This document shows positions 13,582 to 16,601 of a stretch of DNA of 16,601 bases, in pieces. The DNA comes from Parcubacteria bacterium DG_74_3. GTDB lineage: Bacteria; Patescibacteriota; Minisyncoccia; Minisyncoccales; DG-74-3. Under the pieces are notes generated by a model. The model searched no databases, was not told the origin of the DNA, and was given only the letters and a program-made list of their open reading frames with translations. Both the position numbers and the translations under genes were made by a program. Location of the stretch: positions 1 through 16,601 of the forward strand of contig LJNG01000014.1 in assembly GCA_001302985.1 (NCBI GenBank). Reading direction: 5' to 3'. Position 1 is the stretch's first letter, and the number at the start of each line of letters is the position of its first letter.

Positions 13582-15363
13582 TTATTCAATTGGTATCCAG
13601 GCAGCAATTAAGCTTCCCGGACCAATGTGAGCCCCGACCACCGGACTCACCAAATTAATAAAAGAAATTTCGGCTTTAATGCTTTTTAATTTGTCTTTTA
13701 ATTTTTTTGCTTCTGGGAGATTATTGGCGTGCGAAATGATTACCCGGATTCTTTTACCCCTTTCTCTTTCTTTTTTACTTTCTTTAGCTATTTTTTTAAA
13801 GAGGGCATCGGCCATATCTCTAGCCCAAACCACCCCCCCTTTAATCAGTACTCCATTTTTAATTTTTATTAGAGGATGAAGACGGATTTTCTTCATTCTT
13901 CTTATCCATTCAGCCTGTCTTTTGGTTACTCTTCCTCCAGCCTCTATCCATCTTGGCTCCTCGAAAAGAAGATAGAGATTGATTTTGCTCCTGAGCTTTT
14001 TTAACTTATTAATAACTTCGACTATTTCTCTTTGTTCTTGAATTAATTCGATGGCTCGCAAAACCAAAAGAGCCTGGGAGGCAGAAGCGTGCCAAGAATC
14101 AAAAACAAAAATCCGTTTCGGCTCCTGGACCTCTGCTTCAGCCTGTTTGGCAGAATTATAACAACCAGAGAGTTTAGCGGTAATGGTAATACACAAAACC
14201 TTTTCAAACTTGTGAAGCTGTTTTTCAAAAGCCACAAGATAGTCCTTGGGGGTTGCCTGAGAGGTCTTGGGGAAACTTTTTATGCCCCGCCTTTTTGCTT
14301 CAATCATTTTTTGATAAATATTTTCCCCGGGTATTTTTTTTCCTTCTGGCCAATTAAGGACAGTTGGCACTATTTCAATTTGATAACGTTCAGTAATTTT
14401 GGGTAAGAGTCCAGCAACATCATCGGTGACAATTCCAATTGATACCTGCCTGACCGAAGGCTCTCCTCCCACCTCTTTGGCCATGTCTTCAATTCTTAAA
14501 CTTTCAAGCTTGCCGGATTCCCTTGCTATTTTTTCAACCTCATCCACCAAGTCGGTATGAATATGAACCTTGGTTTTGTCGCCAATTTTGACTACTTCGA
14601 TGCTGTTTCCTAAAATCGCTAATTTTTTCTCAAGTAATTCTTTGTCTAACTTTTGATTTTTTACCAAAAAGACAACTTCATAGCGATGGGAAAGGGTTTG
14701 AATAAATCTTCTAACTTGTTCTGAAGGTCGTTCCTCGACTCTCTCTTTTCTTTTTTCGCCTTCTAGGGCTTCGAGATGAGCCTCGAGAATCATTAAGAAG
14801 GCCAAGCCTCCGGCATCAACCACATTGGCTTTTCTAAAAATTTCCATTTTTTCTCGGGTAGCCAAGAGGGCTTCATTAGCTTTTTCTGTGGCTTTTTTAA
14901 AAAGTTGAATGATATTCCTTTCCTGCCCCGCTTCTTTTTGAAGGGTTTGAGCTGCTGCGTCAATTACATCCAAAATTGTTCCTTCTATGGGATTTTGAAT
15001 TGATTCTCTAGCTTTCTCTGCTCCTTTTTTAAAAGCAACAGAGAGTTTCTTGGCGTTTACCGGGTTTTTATTGAGCAGCGGTAAAAAACCAGCTAAAAAG
15101 CCGGTGTAAATTACACCAGCATTTCCCTGAGCCGCAATAAGAGCCCCATCTAAGGTAGCTTCTGAGATTTCCCGTAAGTCTTGAAATTCTTTTACCTCAA
15201 TCGCTTCTTTAATTCCCAACAGGGTCTTGGCCATATTGCTTCCTGTGTCTTGGTCGGGTACTGGAAAAACATTAATTTTGTTAATCTCTTCTTTATTTCT
15301 CTCAACCCTTTCCCAGGCAAGAAGCATCATTTTTTTGAGTTCCTTATGGGTCAAATACTCCAT
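13582..15363 (-). CDS. DAK2 (FakA-like kinase N-domain) plus FakA-like middle domain plus full DegV (FakB-like fatty-acid-binding) domain fusion. It is a putative single-chain fatty acid kinase.
   Basis: N-terminus: INVFPVPDQDTGSNM (the DhaL/FakA phosphate-Mg site) and GNAGVI. Middle: GNSIEVVKIGDKTKVHIHT and LRIEDM, like the YloV/FakA central domain. From about residue 307 the sequence is a canonical DegV domain: IGIVTDDVAGLLP, TSQATPKDY, ITITAKLSGCYNSAKQA, VFDSWHASASQALLV, ISHANN and SPVVGAHIGPGS. Confidence 0.8.
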   Translation of the reverse strand: MEYLTHKELKKMMLLAWERVERNKEEINKINVFPVPDQDTGSNMAKTLLGIKEAIEVKEFQDLREISEATLDGALIAAQGNAGVIYTGFLAGFLPLLNKNPVNAKKLSVAFKKGAEKARESIQNPIEGTILDVIDAAAQTLQKEAGQERNIIQLFKKATEKANEALLATREKMEIFRKANVVDAGGLAFLMILEAHLEALEGEKRKERVEERPSEQVRRFIQTLSHRYEVVFLVKNQKLDKELLEKKLAILGNSIEVVKIGDKTKVHIHTDLVDEVEKIARESGKLESLRIEDMAKEVGGEPSVRQVSIGIVTDDVAGLLPKITERYQIEIVPTVLNWPEGKKIPGENIYQKMIEAKRRGIKSFPKTSQATPKDYLVAFEKQLHKFEKVLCITITAKLSGCYNSAKQAEAEVQEPKRIFVFDSWHASASQALLVLRAIELIQEQREIVEVINKLKKLRSKINLYLLFEEPRWIEAGGRVTKRQAEWIRRMKKIRLHPLIKIKNGVLIKGGVVWARDMADALFKKIAKESKKERERGKRIRVIISHANNLPEAKKLKDKLKSIKAEISFINLVSPVVGAHIGPGSLIAAWIPIE

Positions 15364-15376
15364 ATTGTAAGCCCGA

Positions 15377-16030
15377 TTAACGAAGCTTCTTTTCTAGCTC
15401 TTTAAGAATCTTAGCTGCTATTTCTTTTCCTCCGAGACCAAAAGCAATACCTATGGTAAGAGAGATGGCAATAACAAAACCAATAAAGACGGTCAGAATT
15501 AAAGTGGGTGCTATTTGGAGTTGGTACAAAATAGCCAGGGTAGCCAAACTCCAAATTATCCAGCGTATCACTCTTCCAAAAAGCCGCGAGTAGGTTATCT
15601 TTTCTTTTTCCAAAACAGCCACCATAATTTTCTGAGAAAAATCAGCCAAAAAAACAGCGATGATAAAGATTAGGGATGCAATAAAAATATTCTGGAAATA
15701 ACTTATAACTTTTCCTAAAAACTGACTGAACTGCGGAAGGCCCAGAATTTCTAAAGAAATCATCAGAAAAATAATTATAAAGAACCATTTTACTAATTCT
15801 CCAAAAAATCCCGGAGCATCCAAGCTAAGATCAAGCTTGGCTAGAGTCTCTGCCCAACCCAATCTTTTAAGAGTTTGGTTAAGATTGGTTTTGTTGAGAA
15901 ATCGAACAGCAGTGTTTCCCATCCATTTGGCCACAAAAAAACCGGCGACAAAAACTAAAATTGCCCACAGAAGTTGGGGTAATTTCTCAATAAGGCTCAC
16001 TAGAAATAATTGAAGAAACCCTGTTTCCAT
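15377..16030 (-). CDS. Polytopic membrane protein of the conserved TM-helix repeat type (resembles the N-terminal region of MscS-like channels)
   Basis: Two repeats of a TM pair. The first has the pattern LPQLLWAILVFVAGFFVAKWMGNTAVRFLNK...LKRLG, followed by LVKWFFIIIFLMISLEILGL. This resembles the TM_helix family as I recall it. No soluble MscS beta domain is present. Confidence 0.5.
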   Translation of the reverse strand: METGFLQLFLVSLIEKLPQLLWAILVFVAGFFVAKWMGNTAVRFLNKTNLNQTLKRLGWAETLAKLDLSLDAPGFFGELVKWFFIIIFLMISLEILGLPQFSQFLGKVISYFQNIFIASLIFIIAVFLADFSQKIMVAVLEKEKITYSRLFGRVIRWIIWSLATLAILYQLQIAPTLILTVFIGFVIAISLTIGIAFGLGGKEIAAKILKELEKKLR

Positions 16031-16046
16031 GCAAATTTATTGTAAC

Positions 16047-16601
16047 TTACCATTGATTTTGAGACAAGCCCAATCTAAATCCTATCTGGGTAGCGCTTAT
16101 GTGCAAAATGAAGGTTAAAATTAAAAGGGTTATCCACACTCCCATATTTATTGCATAAAATGGGCTTAAAAAAAGAGCTGAGCCAATTACATAATTTATC
16201 TGGTCAAAGGGCAGAAACCTTGTCCCTGGTTTTAGTCCCAAGCGTCGTTTAATAAAAGCGAAAAATAAATCGCCGCAAAGGGCTCCTCCCGACATTAAAA
16301 CACCAAAGAAAAAAATATTAATTATTTGATAGTTTAAAAAACTAATTTCTCTGATAAAAAGAAGTCTATTAAAAAGTTGTCTCTGGAAAAGAGCTGTCAA
16401 GAGACCAGCAGTTAATCCTAAAATAATCCCCCGCCAGGTTTTGTGGTTTCCTAAAATAGGGGAGCCCTGAAGCTTCCTTCCGAAATCAAGGGGCTTGTCC
16501 AAGCATTTAAAAAAACCCCTACTTGCCATTAAAGAGGGTGTCATATTTGTAAAGTAAGCTGGCAAGAAAAAATAAAAAGATGATAAAATCCATTTAAGCA
16601 T
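16047..16601 (-). CDS. carS: CDP-archaeol synthase (CarS / DUF46 family CTP:2,3-di-O-geranylgeranyl-sn-glyceryl-phosphate cytidylyltransferase)
   Basis: FLPAYFTNMTPSL, PLDFGRKLQGSPILGNHKTWRGII (CarS PxDxG...G..KTxRG block) and LPFDQINYVIGSALF (the DQxxF/Y acidic motif), with about 5 TM segments. At 184 aa it is the typical CarS size. Its ATG is the last three bases of the window, so the true start could lie further upstream. Confidence 0.75.
   Translation of the reverse strand: MLKWILSSFYFFLPAYFTNMTPSLMASRGFFKCLDKPLDFGRKLQGSPILGNHKTWRGIILGLTAGLLTALFQRQLFNRLLFIREISFLNYQIINIFFFGVLMSGGALCGDLFFAFIKRRLGLKPGTRFLPFDQINYVIGSALFLSPFYAINMGVWITLLILTFILHISATQIGFRLGLSQNQW

Noticed and set aside
5838-15405. 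Nested or antisense ORFs from the track: 3299-3520, 3433-3621, 4170-4355, 5838-6122, 6797-7192, 8307-8495, 9015-9258, 11235-11555, 12043-12225, 12925-13164, 13679-13879, 14043-14237, 14089-14406 and 15181-15405.
   Set aside because: Each lies wholly or almost wholly (4170-4355 only partly) within, or opposite to, a well-supported CDS. Their sequences are low-complexity or F/L/S-rich, typical of off-frame translation of AT-rich genes. None shows a recognisable motif.
1-16601. The idea that the contig is archaeal (for example DPANN), given GGGPS, DGGGPS, GGR and CarS.
   Set aside because: clpP, trigger factor, bacterial-architecture NusA (NusA_N, S1 and two KH domains in one 409-aa protein), PlsY-family genes and an S26 SPase I are bacterial hallmarks. 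They are interleaved in the same operons.

Overview
AT-rich, gene-dense window with 20 of 21 CDS on the minus strand, short or 4-nt-overlapping junctions and almost no recognisable Shine-Dalgarno sequences. The housekeeping genes are clearly bacterial: clpP, a PPIase-less trigger factor, bacterial-type nusA, family II pyrophosphatase, PlsY-type acyltransferases and an S26 signal peptidase. By inference the source is a reduced-genome, uncultivated (CPR/Patescibacteria-like) bacterium. The main result is an ~8.5 kb lipid island (8111-16601). It encodes an essentially complete archaeal-type isoprenoid ether-lipid pathway: GGPP synthase, GGGP synthase, DGGGP synthase (UbiA family), geranylgeranyl reductase and CDP-archaeol synthase CarS. 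These genes share operons with the bacterial acyl-phosphate route, namely a single-chain DAK2(FakA-like)-DegV(FakB-like) fusion and two divergent plsY paralogues. This is a candidate mixed or hybrid membrane system that crosses the archaeal/bacterial lipid divide. No glycerol-1-phosphate dehydrogenase is visible in the window. The left 3.1 kb is a cell-surface module. It holds a tail-fibre-like protein whose N-terminal anchor ORF and C-terminal body are separated by a -1 frame change at the only TAG stop in the window, plus an S26 peptidase and a Cys-rich protein with a tail-fibre motif. Other items are a perfect 46-bp tandem duplication upstream of clpP, a structured divergent control region between the GGPP synthase and DGGGP synthase genes, and several small palindromes or hairpins. 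No rRNA, tRNA, CRISPR array or transposase was recognised.
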